Source: Syntrophaceae bacterium UBA6078
GTDB lineage: Bacteria > Desulfobacterota > Syntrophia > Syntrophales > UBA2210
Direction: 5' to 3'
Length of the DNA stretch: 64,000 nucleotides
NCBI GenBank assembly: GCA_002428735.1
Contig: DIXO01000009.1
Span: 4,108 to 68,107, forward strand
In this document: positions 56,786-64,000 of the stretch, piece after piece
Position numbering within the stretch: the stretch's first letter is position 1
Layout of the letters: each line of letters opens with the position of its first letter
The notes under the pieces: model-generated
Told to the model about the DNA's origin: nothing
Databases searched by the model: none
Seen by the model: only the letters and a program-made list of their open reading frames with translations
Translations under genes and position numbers: made by a program

Positions 56786-57517
56786 CTACAGGTTGAGAAA
56801 TTTCCCCGCCGTGATGCACCGGTCCCAGAATTCGTTCGACCCTTTGAGGAAGGCCTCTTTGGGGAGATAATCCCGCGCCACATCATCGAGGACGTGCGGC
56901 GACAGGGTTCCCTTTTCCACCAGTTCCCGCCCGGCCCGGCGGATCGCTTCTTTGATCTCTCTGACCGGTTCGGGGAGGAGTCCCTCCAGGGTGAAGATAT
57001 AACTCGACGGACGCACCACCGCCCCGACGAACCGGGACTGCATGTTGCGGCACATGCGCTCCACATGGTCGATCAGCCCGTCGAAGTTTTCGCGCTCGTA
57101 GAAGCCGCAGACGCTGAGCAGGACGACGTCGGGGGGCTTCTCACCGTACCGTCGCGGATGGCGGTAGTGTCCGTCCACCAGCTCGAAATGGGGATCGGCG
57201 AGGGGGATCATGCGGTCCACGAAGGTCTTCATCTGGGCCGTCATGCCGTCCACGTACAGGGGGGTTCCGATCATCAGGCAGTCCGCCTGGCGGATCTTCT
57301 CCAGAAGTCCCGCCATGTCGTCCCTGTGGACGCACACCCCGGGGGTTGTCACCCAGCACCTGTAGCAGCCGATACAGTAGTTAATCTTTTTTTTCTGCAG
57401 GAAGACCGTTTCCGCCTCGGCCCCCGCCTCACGCGCCCCGTCAAGAAAGGTCTCCATAAGGATATGGGTCATCCCTTTCTGTGTGTTAGGGCTCCCGTTC
57501 ACCGCGAATATCTTCAT
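56786..57517 (-). CDS. iron-sulfur flavoprotein (Isf)/NADPH-dependent FMN reductase family protein
   Basis: It begins with the flavodoxin-like MKIFAVNGSP and carries the compact Cys motif CIGCYRCWVTTPGVC (CX2CX2CX7C), typical of Isf proteins. Confidence 0.75.
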   Translation of the reverse strand: MKIFAVNGSPNTQKGMTHILMETFLDGAREAGAEAETVFLQKKKINYCIGCYRCWVTTPGVCVHRDDMAGLLEKIRQADCLMIGTPLYVDGMTAQMKTFVDRMIPLADPHFELVDGHYRHPRRYGEKPPDVVLLSVCGFYERENFDGLIDHVERMCRNMQSRFVGAVVRPSSYIFTLEGLLPEPVREIKEAIRRAGRELVEKGTLSPHVLDDVARDYLPKEAFLKGSNEFWDRCITAGKFLNL

Positions 57518-57539
57518 CGGTCCTCTCCTTTCTGGCGTT

Positions 57540-57794
57540 CTACCCATGCATGATCTTCATGACAATGATGTACAGGGTAAGGCTGAACCCGACGGCATTC
57601 CCCAGCATGACAGGGGCGGAGTGTATCAGCAGGCCGTAAACGAGCCAGAGGAGGAGGCCGGTTCCCAGAACCGCGAAGGCGCCCAGCGACAGATCATGGG
57701 TCTGCTTTGTCCGGTATATCTTGATAACCTGGGGAGACATGGCGAGCGAAGAGATGACCGCCGCCGTGAAACCGATAATATCAGCCATACTCAC
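57540..57794 (-). CDS. SemiSWEET (PQ-loop, 3-TM) transporter
   Basis: 84 aa with three TM helices and the PQ motif SPQVIKIYRTK. Its start overlaps the stop of the upstream guanylyltransferase gene. Confidence 0.75.
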   Translation of the reverse strand: MSMADIIGFTAAVISSLAMSPQVIKIYRTKQTHDLSLGAFAVLGTGLLLWLVYGLLIHSAPVMLGNAVGFSLTLYIIVMKIMHG

Positions 57795-58861
57795 AGGTAT
57801 TCCTTCATCCCTTTTTTTTCGAGGTGCTCCACCACCTTCCTGACGTCTTGCGATGCTCCTCTCCGGCAGACGAGAAGGGCGTCATCCGTTTCCACGACGA
57901 GCAGGTCTTCCACCCCCACCAGCGCCACCATCTTGTCGGGGCTGTGCACCAGGCAGTTCGAAGTCCCGGAACGCAGGACGCGGCCCCGCGCCACGTTCCC
58001 CTTCGCGTCCTTTCCGAGCACATCCCACAGGGCGTCCCAACTCCCGATGTCATTCCACCCGAAATCCCCTTCCAGCATGACCACATCAGAGGCCTTCTCC
58101 ATGACGCCGTAATCGATGGAAACCGGTTCGATTCTGCGATAGACTTCGGAAAGGGCCCGCATTTCGCGGTCCGTCCTGATGGATTCTCCTATTGCACAAA
58201 GTCCCTCGTGCAGATCGGGGAGGAGATTCTCAATCGTGTCCAGCAGGGTGGAAACCTTCCAGACGAAGATCCCGCTGTTCCAGAAGAATTTTCCGCTTTT
58301 GAGAAACGACTCCGCGGTTGCCCGGTCCGGCTTCTCGCGGAATGATTTGACCTGGTAGATCTTCGTGTCCCCTATAGTGTCCGCTGTCTGCCCCCGTTCC
58401 ATATAGCCGTACCCGGTCTCGGCCCACCGGGGGCGCACGCCGATCGTGACGAGGCAGGCCCTTTTCTCCGCCATGTCGCGCGCCGCTATGAGCGAGGCGA
58501 GGAAGGGTTCCGTGTCCTGGATCAGGTGATCGGCGGGGAGGACGCACATAACGGCGTCGGGTTCCTTCTTTCGTATGTGCATCGCGGCGAGACCGATGCA
58601 GGGGGCGGTATTTCTTCCCACCGGTTCGACCAGGATATTTTCAGAGGGGATCTGGGGAAGTTGTTCCCTGATCTGGTCCGCGTGGCTGGCGCCGGTGACG
58701 ATCAGGATGCGGTCCTGAGCCACGAGGGGTGAAATCCGGTCCACCGTGTACTGGATGATGCTTTTCTCTCCTGTCATGTTGAGCAGATGCTTCGGCCGTT
58801 TCTCCCGGCTCAAAGGCCAGAACCGCGTCCCCTTTCCTCCCGCCATGATGACCGCGTACAT
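57791..58861 (-). CDS. manC: mannose-1-phosphate guanylyltransferase (nucleotidyltransferase domain only)
   Basis: The start MYAVIMAGGKGTRFWPLSR at 58861 carries the GxGTRxxPLS motif. The product is about 356 aa and lacks a cupin isomerase domain. Confidence 0.82.
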   Translation of the reverse strand: MYAVIMAGGKGTRFWPLSREKRPKHLLNMTGEKSIIQYTVDRISPLVAQDRILIVTGASHADQIREQLPQIPSENILVEPVGRNTAPCIGLAAMHIRKKEPDAVMCVLPADHLIQDTEPFLASLIAARDMAEKRACLVTIGVRPRWAETGYGYMERGQTADTIGDTKIYQVKSFREKPDRATAESFLKSGKFFWNSGIFVWKVSTLLDTIENLLPDLHEGLCAIGESIRTDREMRALSEVYRRIEPVSIDYGVMEKASDVVMLEGDFGWNDIGSWDALWDVLGKDAKGNVARGRVLRSGTSNCLVHSPDKMVALVGVEDLLVVETDDALLVCRRGASQDVRKVVEHLEKKGMKEYL

Positions 58862-58952
58862 AGGAATCTCCTCAGGCGCCATCCGGCCCTCGGGCCGGCG
58901 GGGTCTGGTTTCGGTGATATGCCTCGGCTTTTCCTTTGGATTTGACGTGAAT

Positions 58953-58980
58953 ATACTATCGTGATCGCCGTCAGAGTCAA
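58953..58980 (-). promoter_or_regulatory. sigma70-like promoter for manC
   Basis: On the minus strand: TTGACT (58980-58975), a 16-nt spacer, then TAGTAT (58958-58953). Confidence 0.4.
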
Positions 58981-59006
58981 GGGTTATTTGTGAAGGGTTA
59001 TTTGTG
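58979..59006. repeat. perfect tandem duplication of a 14-nt unit (AAGGGTTATTTGTG x2) abutting the manC -35
   Basis: Read directly: 58979-58992 is identical to 58993-59006. Confidence 0.9.
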
Positions 59007-59146
59007 AAGAAGGCAGGGTTGGTGAAAGGGTCGTAAAAATGGTAGGTTAAGCTTATCGGTATGGTGTCTCCGGATTTCACTTGTCTGGATTTTACCCAGA
59101 TTTCCAAGAGTATCTCGGTGAGATCAAAAACAATCCGGAGATTTTC

Positions 59147-59680
59147 CTACCTGTTTTCCAGTTGGACACCCAAGGTATTAAGTGCCATGGATACTAGGAT
59201 GTAATTTCCAACGGTGAAGATCATATCCATTATTTGCGCGTCCCGATACTCTTTTTTCAGGTCACTCCATGTTGCATCTGAAATAAAGGAATCCGCATGA
59301 AGCTCATCGGTAGCTCGAAGTATGGCACGCTCAACAGCTGACCAGCCAGGAGCCTCCGGTCCCTCCTTGATCCGCTTAATCTCCTCGTCTGTCAGACCAA
59401 TTTTCTTTCCGATCCACTCATGCTGAGTCCACTCGTAGCCGGACCGACAGAGATGACCGGTACGCAAAATTGCGAGTTCCCTTTCCCGATTGGGTAGAGT
59501 GGATTTGTTCAGAATGTAAGAGGCAAAAACCGTCCAGCGTTTCAGCAACTTCGGGTGGCGGCCAAGAGTAAGGAATATATTAAGAAGTCGATCACCACCA
59601 GCTCGATTGATAATTTTCCTTTGCTCCTCATCCATTTCGGAGGCCGCGAGCGGTGCTACTCTCGGTTTGGATAGTCTCAT
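59147..59680 (-). CDS. carboxymuconolactone decarboxylase (AhpD-like) family protein
   Basis: 177 aa. The pattern RERELAILRTGHLCRSGYEWTQH and the all-helical composition fit the CMD family. AT-richer than the backbone. Confidence 0.7.
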   Translation of the reverse strand: MRLSKPRVAPLAASEMDEEQRKIINRAGGDRLLNIFLTLGRHPKLLKRWTVFASYILNKSTLPNRERELAILRTGHLCRSGYEWTQHEWIGKKIGLTDEEIKRIKEGPEAPGWSAVERAILRATDELHADSFISDATWSDLKKEYRDAQIMDMIFTVGNYILVSMALNTLGVQLENR

Positions 59681-59858
59681 GTCGCCCTCCTTATTTATCT
59701 CACATCTTAAAACTTGTAATATTTTTTCAAAGAAAAATCATTTATACATAATTTATCATTTTCATATCCATTTTAACGTATAAAAGCAACCACAATCTTA
59801 GGACTGTCAGTAGCACGTAATCTTTCCGGTTTAGAATAGCCACGTTGCGGAGGTAGAT

Positions 59859-60260
59859 ATGAGACGGGCGGAGATGCCACAAGAATGTAGGGATGATGCG
59901 ACGGGAGAGCACTACAGCATGTTTTTTGTGCAGGAGGAAGGGACATCTAGCAGCTTTCAGGGAGTACGAGAGGTGATCCTTCAAAGGGGCCTGTTCAGTT
60001 CACTCTATACCGATCATGGAAGTCACTACTGGTACACGCCTGAGGCCGGGGCAAGAGTAAGCAAAGGGCAGCTGACGCAGTTTGGGCGTGCCATGCGGCA
60101 GTTGGGGATCGAGATGATTGCCGCCTATGCACGGGGTCCAAGCGAGCGTGCTTTCAGAAAGACTGCGGAAGTCGTAGACTGAAGCAGCCTTTCTGACCGA
60201 TATAAAGCGGACAATTCATGTGCTATAAAACCGGACAATTCTATTTGTTGACAACAGGGT
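59859..60260 (+). pseudogene. decayed DDE (rve-type) transposase fragment
   Basis: The 107-aa ORF keeps only the core region (FFVQEEGTSSS...SLYTDHGSHYWYT...LTQFGRAMRQLGIEMIAAY) and lacks the N-terminal and C-terminal parts. A 10-nt direct repeat CGGACAATTC (60208 and 60232) follows in a different frame. Confidence 0.55.
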
Positions 60261-60404
60261 TTTATATTGTTGAAGAATCGCGTGGGCAGCGGGGCGCTGT
60301 TTGCTTACCAGTATTTGTCATGATGCCGGTGGGAGTATTAACTGCCGACGTCGACGAGTTCGTGGGTGTAGGGAACGATGTGCATGTTTGCACTTCCTGA
60401 TCGG

Positions 60405-60872
60405 TCAGGCGGTGGCGAGGTCCTTCCGGCGGTCGGGTTCCGGGAAAAGGGGAAGGAGTCCCCATGCGGCGCGCGCCTGATTGCACCGCATCAGTTCCTC
60501 GATTCCAGCGCGCCAGACGCCGTTCTTGAAAAAGATACCGAAGTTCCGGCAGGGGCTGGGCCTCCGGTCGTAGATCGCGCAGCGGACCCCGCGCCCGATC
60601 TCCCCTTCGAGGGCGACGCACCGGGGGTGGCTTCGATTCGTTCCCTTCATGCAGAGCCGGAACCCCTCCAGATGATCCGTCAGTTCCGAGGGAACGATCC
60701 CTCCGCTCTCTTCGTCCGCTTCGCGCCAGTAGAAGGAGACCCTGAAGGCGCCACAGCAGGCCCCGCATGACAGGCAGGGATTGTCCAAAGAGGAAAATCC
60801 CTCCACTGTTGCAATCTGCTCTGACGGAACAAAAATCGGCACCGTTAAACCCCCGCGGCTGTATCCCTCCAC
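60405..60872 (-). CDS. YkgJ-family (UPF0153) cysteine-cluster protein
   Basis: It carries the CLSCGACCGAF (CxxCxxCC) motif and a second Cys group (RCVALEG...CAIYDRRPSPC). Confidence 0.7.
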   Translation of the reverse strand: MEGYSRGGLTVPIFVPSEQIATVEGFSSLDNPCLSCGACCGAFRVSFYWREADEESGGIVPSELTDHLEGFRLCMKGTNRSHPRCVALEGEIGRGVRCAIYDRRPSPCRNFGIFFKNGVWRAGIEELMRCNQARAAWGLLPLFPEPDRRKDLATA

Positions 60873-61091
60873 GGAAATATCTTAAAAGCGGGGGAATTCT
60901 ACGCTGAAAACGGTTGCTGTCAAGGGGATTCTTCTCATTTATATCTCTTTTATCGTATTATTTTAATGGCTTGTCCGAGGATCCGTGGGAGCGATGCGGC
61001 TTGACAGGGGGGCTTTGTTTCTATAGTCCGCAGTAATAGAGTCGAGTGGGCGCACCGTCACCATAAATAGATCGTGGAAAGGGACTTATCT

Positions 61092-61676
61092 ATGGAACCG
61101 CTGATTTCGCGCATTGATCATGTATCCGTCGCTGTCCGGGACTATGAAAAGGCTGAGCACTTCTTTCGCACCATTCTGGGAGGAATACCGGGAGCAAGGG
61201 CTGAAGATCCCGCGATGAGGTATGTCTGGCAGCTATTTTCTCTGGGCGACCTGAGCCGTTTCGAACTGATGAAGACGACGGGTAAGGGCAGTTTCCTCGA
61301 CAACTTTCTGGTGGAGCGGGAAGGGGGCGTGCATCACATTACCATGCAGACGCCGGATATAGAACGGGTCAAGAGCATCCTTGAACAGAACGGCATCCCC
61401 TATTTCGGGTATAACGAGTACGGCGACGCTTACTGGAAGGAACTGTTCATCCATCCCCGTCATGCCTTTGGCGTTCTGATCCAGATCGCCGAGTTTCACG
61501 CCCCTGACTGGCTGAGCGATGAGGTCAACCTCCCACAGGGGAAAAGCTGGCGCATCGAGAAGACAGACGACGGAATCGGCCTTGAGCTTGCCCATCCCGG
61601 CGGCGGGCGGGTACGGCTGGAAATCAGCGGAAACGACGTCAAAAAGCTGATCGCCGATCTGGAAAAAGAGATTTAA
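61092..61676 (+). CDS. VOC (glyoxalase/bleomycin-resistance/dioxygenase) family protein
   Basis: Contains IDHVSVAVRDYEKAEHFF and GGVHHITMQTPDIERVKSILEQNGI, a paired beta-alpha-beta-beta-beta module pattern. Confidence 0.7.
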   Translation: MEPLISRIDHVSVAVRDYEKAEHFFRTILGGIPGARAEDPAMRYVWQLFSLGDLSRFELMKTTGKGSFLDNFLVEREGGVHHITMQTPDIERVKSILEQNGIPYFGYNEYGDAYWKELFIHPRHAFGVLIQIAEFHAPDWLSDEVNLPQGKSWRIEKTDDGIGLELAHPGGGRVRLEISGNDVKKLIADLEKEI

Positions 61677-61901
61677 TCCCGACGGGAATTCCCCACCCGT
61701 AAGGGCGGGGATGAGAGTAATATCCAATCTGACTTTCGCATCAGTGAAAGGCAGGTTGGACAAGTGAAACTTGAATCAGAAGACACCACGTCCGTAAGGG
61801 CGTGGAGATTCATGAAAGAGGTTGTCGAATCATAAAGCCGGCGTTGGATTGAGGTGTCTCCCCCGTTGTCATTCATTTGCCGGTGGCTGTCTCCCTGTTC
61901 G

Positions 61902-63191
61902 CTATTCCAGGATGTTCCTGTGCCGCATGCTCTCTTCCCACAGTTGGTCTCTAAAATCAGGATGGGCAATAGCGATCAAAGCCTCAGCTCTTTGGCGAAG
62001 ATTCTTCCCTTTGAGCTCGGCTATTCCAAATTCGGTCACAACGATATCGGACAGATATCTCGGGATCGTAATTGGTGTCCCTTTCTCGAAGGCGGAAACT
62101 ATACGGGAAACCTTACCACGGGATGCGGTTGAGTTAAGAACTGTAATAGACTTTCCTCCTCCCACAAAGGCCCCTTGAGCAAAATCGAATAGCCCCCCAA
62201 TACCACTAATCTGAGTACCGTTTAGAAATTCTCCATTCATCTGACCATCGAGAGCAACCGAGACAGTCGAATTGATGGCTATGAAGTTGTCGATAGTCCC
62301 TATCAATGTTGAATTATGGGTTACCTCGACAGGGTGCATCTCAATGGACGGGTTTTCATGGGCAAAGTGGAATAACTTCTCGCTGCCGAACAAATCTCCG
62401 GTTATAAGTTTCCCTGGATAGAGGTTTTTCTTTCGATTGGTGACTACCCCTCTGGCAAACAAATCAACAATTTCATCAGAGATCATTCCCGAATGGATAC
62501 CTAGATCCTTTTTGTCTTCAAGAAAACGCAAGATTGCGACCGGCAGCTTGCCGACGCCGATTTGAATAGTAGCTCCATCCGGAATCAAATCGATTGCGTT
62601 GGCAGCAATTTTCTTTTCCTCTTCCCCTATCGTAATGTCTGGGAAGGGAATCAAAGGATTTGAAGTTTCAACGATATAATCGATTTCGTCTTCCCGGAGA
62701 TAGCAGGGGCCGCACGTTCGGGGAGCCTGTTCATTAACTTCGGCAATAATCTGTTTAGCGCCTTTCGCCAAAGGATAAGCCAGGCACGTTGAAGCCCCCA
62801 GACTGAAATTTCCTTTTCGATCCGGTGGAGATACCTGGACTAAGGCAACATCAATAGGAGACGGTCCTGAGCCGGAAAAAACGATAGGGATTGAGGAGTA
62901 ATGAATGGGCAGGAAATCAATTCTGCCTTCGTCCCAACTTCGGCTCATCGTTGAACTGTTCTGAAGACTCACGCAGTGAAAGGAAGATTCCATGCCCGGT
63001 TTCGCTAAAGGATGATCGGTAAAAAGATACATATTAACTATTTCAACGTCCCGGTAAAAATCAAAGTCATCAGCCAGTGCATTTAATAGAGTCTGTGGCT
63101 GCGCTGCCGCCATGGAGAAGAAAACACGTGAACCAGGTGTGATTGTCTTACGCAATGCGTTTCGGGCATTCGTTTTGTGCGTTTTTTTCAT
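61902..63191 (-). CDS. acetyl-CoA hydrolase/transferase family protein (4-hydroxybutyrate CoA-transferase-like)
   Basis: 429 aa with a two-domain CoA-transferase layout. GIGGLFDFAQGA resembles the GGQxDF motif. AT-rich. Confidence 0.8.
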   Translation of the reverse strand: MKKTHKTNARNALRKTITPGSRVFFSMAAAQPQTLLNALADDFDFYRDVEIVNMYLFTDHPLAKPGMESSFHCVSLQNSSTMSRSWDEGRIDFLPIHYSSIPIVFSGSGPSPIDVALVQVSPPDRKGNFSLGASTCLAYPLAKGAKQIIAEVNEQAPRTCGPCYLREDEIDYIVETSNPLIPFPDITIGEEEKKIAANAIDLIPDGATIQIGVGKLPVAILRFLEDKKDLGIHSGMISDEIVDLFARGVVTNRKKNLYPGKLITGDLFGSEKLFHFAHENPSIEMHPVEVTHNSTLIGTIDNFIAINSTVSVALDGQMNGEFLNGTQISGIGGLFDFAQGAFVGGGKSITVLNSTASRGKVSRIVSAFEKGTPITIPRYLSDIVVTEFGIAELKGKNLRQRAEALIAIAHPDFRDQLWEESMRHRNILE

Positions 63192-63422
63192 TTATGGATT
63201 TCTCCAAATCACCTAACTCATGAATATCTCGGCTTACCTTGACAGTTACAAATCGAACCTGCTATCATGTTATGTGAGATCTGTCAATGACAGGTATCCA
63301 ACGGGATATCCGGTGATTGTCACAATACTTGTTGTCGATGAAAGGAAGCATATGGCGGATGTTTCGATGGCGTGTTGGTTTAAATCGCCTGAGGGTGAAA
63401 GACTAGACGGTCTTTATACTTC

Positions 63423-63713
63423 TCAGTTGACGATAGAGCCTTGATACACTTCCTGAAGAGCTTCCATCGCCAGATCCAAAAGAGCGCCGTTGATTGTATC
63501 GGCGATGTAATAGAGAAATTCCCATTGAACAGGAATACCGTGAAGACGGATAACGGTCATGCCGTTCAGGCAAAGTCTCACTGGCATGTCGAAGATCGAG
63601 TCAATGTTGACGCATTGGCCTGGTTGATAAAATTTGTTTCTCACGAGATTATCAATGGCGCGGTGCAGGTCAGCCAGGGCGCCATTGATCGCGGTAGTGT
63701 ACTGGCCTGTCAC
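63423..63713 (-). CDS. hypothetical protein
   Basis: 96-aa ORF with unremarkable composition. No family recognised and no clear RBS checked. Confidence 0.35.
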   Translation of the reverse strand: MTGQYTTAINGALADLHRAIDNLVRNKFYQPGQCVNIDSIFDMPVRLCLNGMTVIRLHGIPVQWEFLYYIADTINGALLDLAMEALQEVYQGSIVN

Positions 63714-63784
63714 TTTGCCGTTTCGATTCGGAAGAGTTCCGCATCCTTTTGGTTCGGGGAGAGGAACTCTTCGGGTTCACTCCT

Positions 63785-64000
63785 TTACGACGGGATGGCA
63801 GGATCAACCGTTTTTGAGCGTTTCGCTTCCCAGTTCTGGTACAGAAAAAGACCTCCCAGCACAAGGACACCGAAAATGTCCGACACCAACCCCGGTTTTA
63901 TAAGCCCCAGACCGGCAATAAGGAGAAGAACACGGAAACCCCAGTTCACACGATCACGCATATAACCCATCATTCCTGATCCCAGGGCTATTGTCCCCAG
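63785..64000 (-). CDS. hypothetical membrane protein, N-terminus beyond the window edge
   Basis: The frame stays open to base 64000 (…LGTIALGSGMMGYMRDRVNWGFRVLLLIAGLGLIKPG…). The sequence is hydrophobic helices. Confidence 0.4.
   Translation of the reverse strand: MGTIALGSGMMGYMRDRVNWGFRVLLLIAGLGLIKPGLVSDIFGVLVLGGLFLYQNWEAKRSKTVDPAIPS

Noticed and set aside
61673-61969. 98-aa minus-strand ORF spanning the convergent gap after the VOC gene.
   Set aside because: It overlaps the 3' end of the CoA-transferase gene region and the terminator space. Its composition is unconvincing.
63220-63444. 74-aa plus-strand ORF between the CoA-transferase gene and the 96-aa minus-strand ORF.
   Set aside because: It has no RBS and lies in the likely promoter/5' region of the CoA-transferase gene. 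There is no recognisable similarity. Coding potential cannot be supported.
1-64000. Scan for CRISPR arrays, rRNA and tRNA genes.
   Set aside because: I saw no regularly spaced direct repeats and no cloverleaf-compatible or rRNA-like segments by eye. tRNAscan-SE, Infernal or a CRISPR finder should be run to confirm.

Overview
This is a 64-kb chromosomal window from a moderately GC-rich bacterium. Gene content and order suggest a Desulfobacterota or delta-proteobacterium-like anaerobe, but that lineage call is only a guess. Most of the window is conserved housekeeping. On the minus strand there is an rsmI-yraN-rnhB-rplS-trmD-rimM-rpsP-ffh-argS block (10.4-18.7 kb). A minor-pilin plus pilD operon follows (19.8-23.3 kb), then fdhD-selB (30.6-33.2 kb). 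A complete, tightly packed dcw cluster runs from mraZ to ftsZ (34.9-52.1 kb). Three visibly AT-richer accessory patches interrupt this backbone. (i) 4.3-8.8 kb holds a crotonase and an OYE/FadH-type reductase next to an apparently intact IS630 element with a TA duplication. (ii) 25.4-28.8 kb is inserted between maf and yggS. (iii) 59.1-63.2 kb holds a decayed transposase relic among AT-rich metabolic genes. The most interesting locus is patch (ii). It contains a B12-binding-domain radical SAM enzyme, followed 42 nt later by a 111-aa ORF with a Nif11/NHLP-like leader and a Val/Ala/Thr-rich C-terminus, which makes it a candidate RiPP cassette. This cassette is bracketed by a diverged duplication of the maf 3' end and terminator. 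A second two-gene module of unknown function follows it. I found no rRNA, tRNA or CRISPR array by eye. All family assignments come from reading the translations. No database search was possible.
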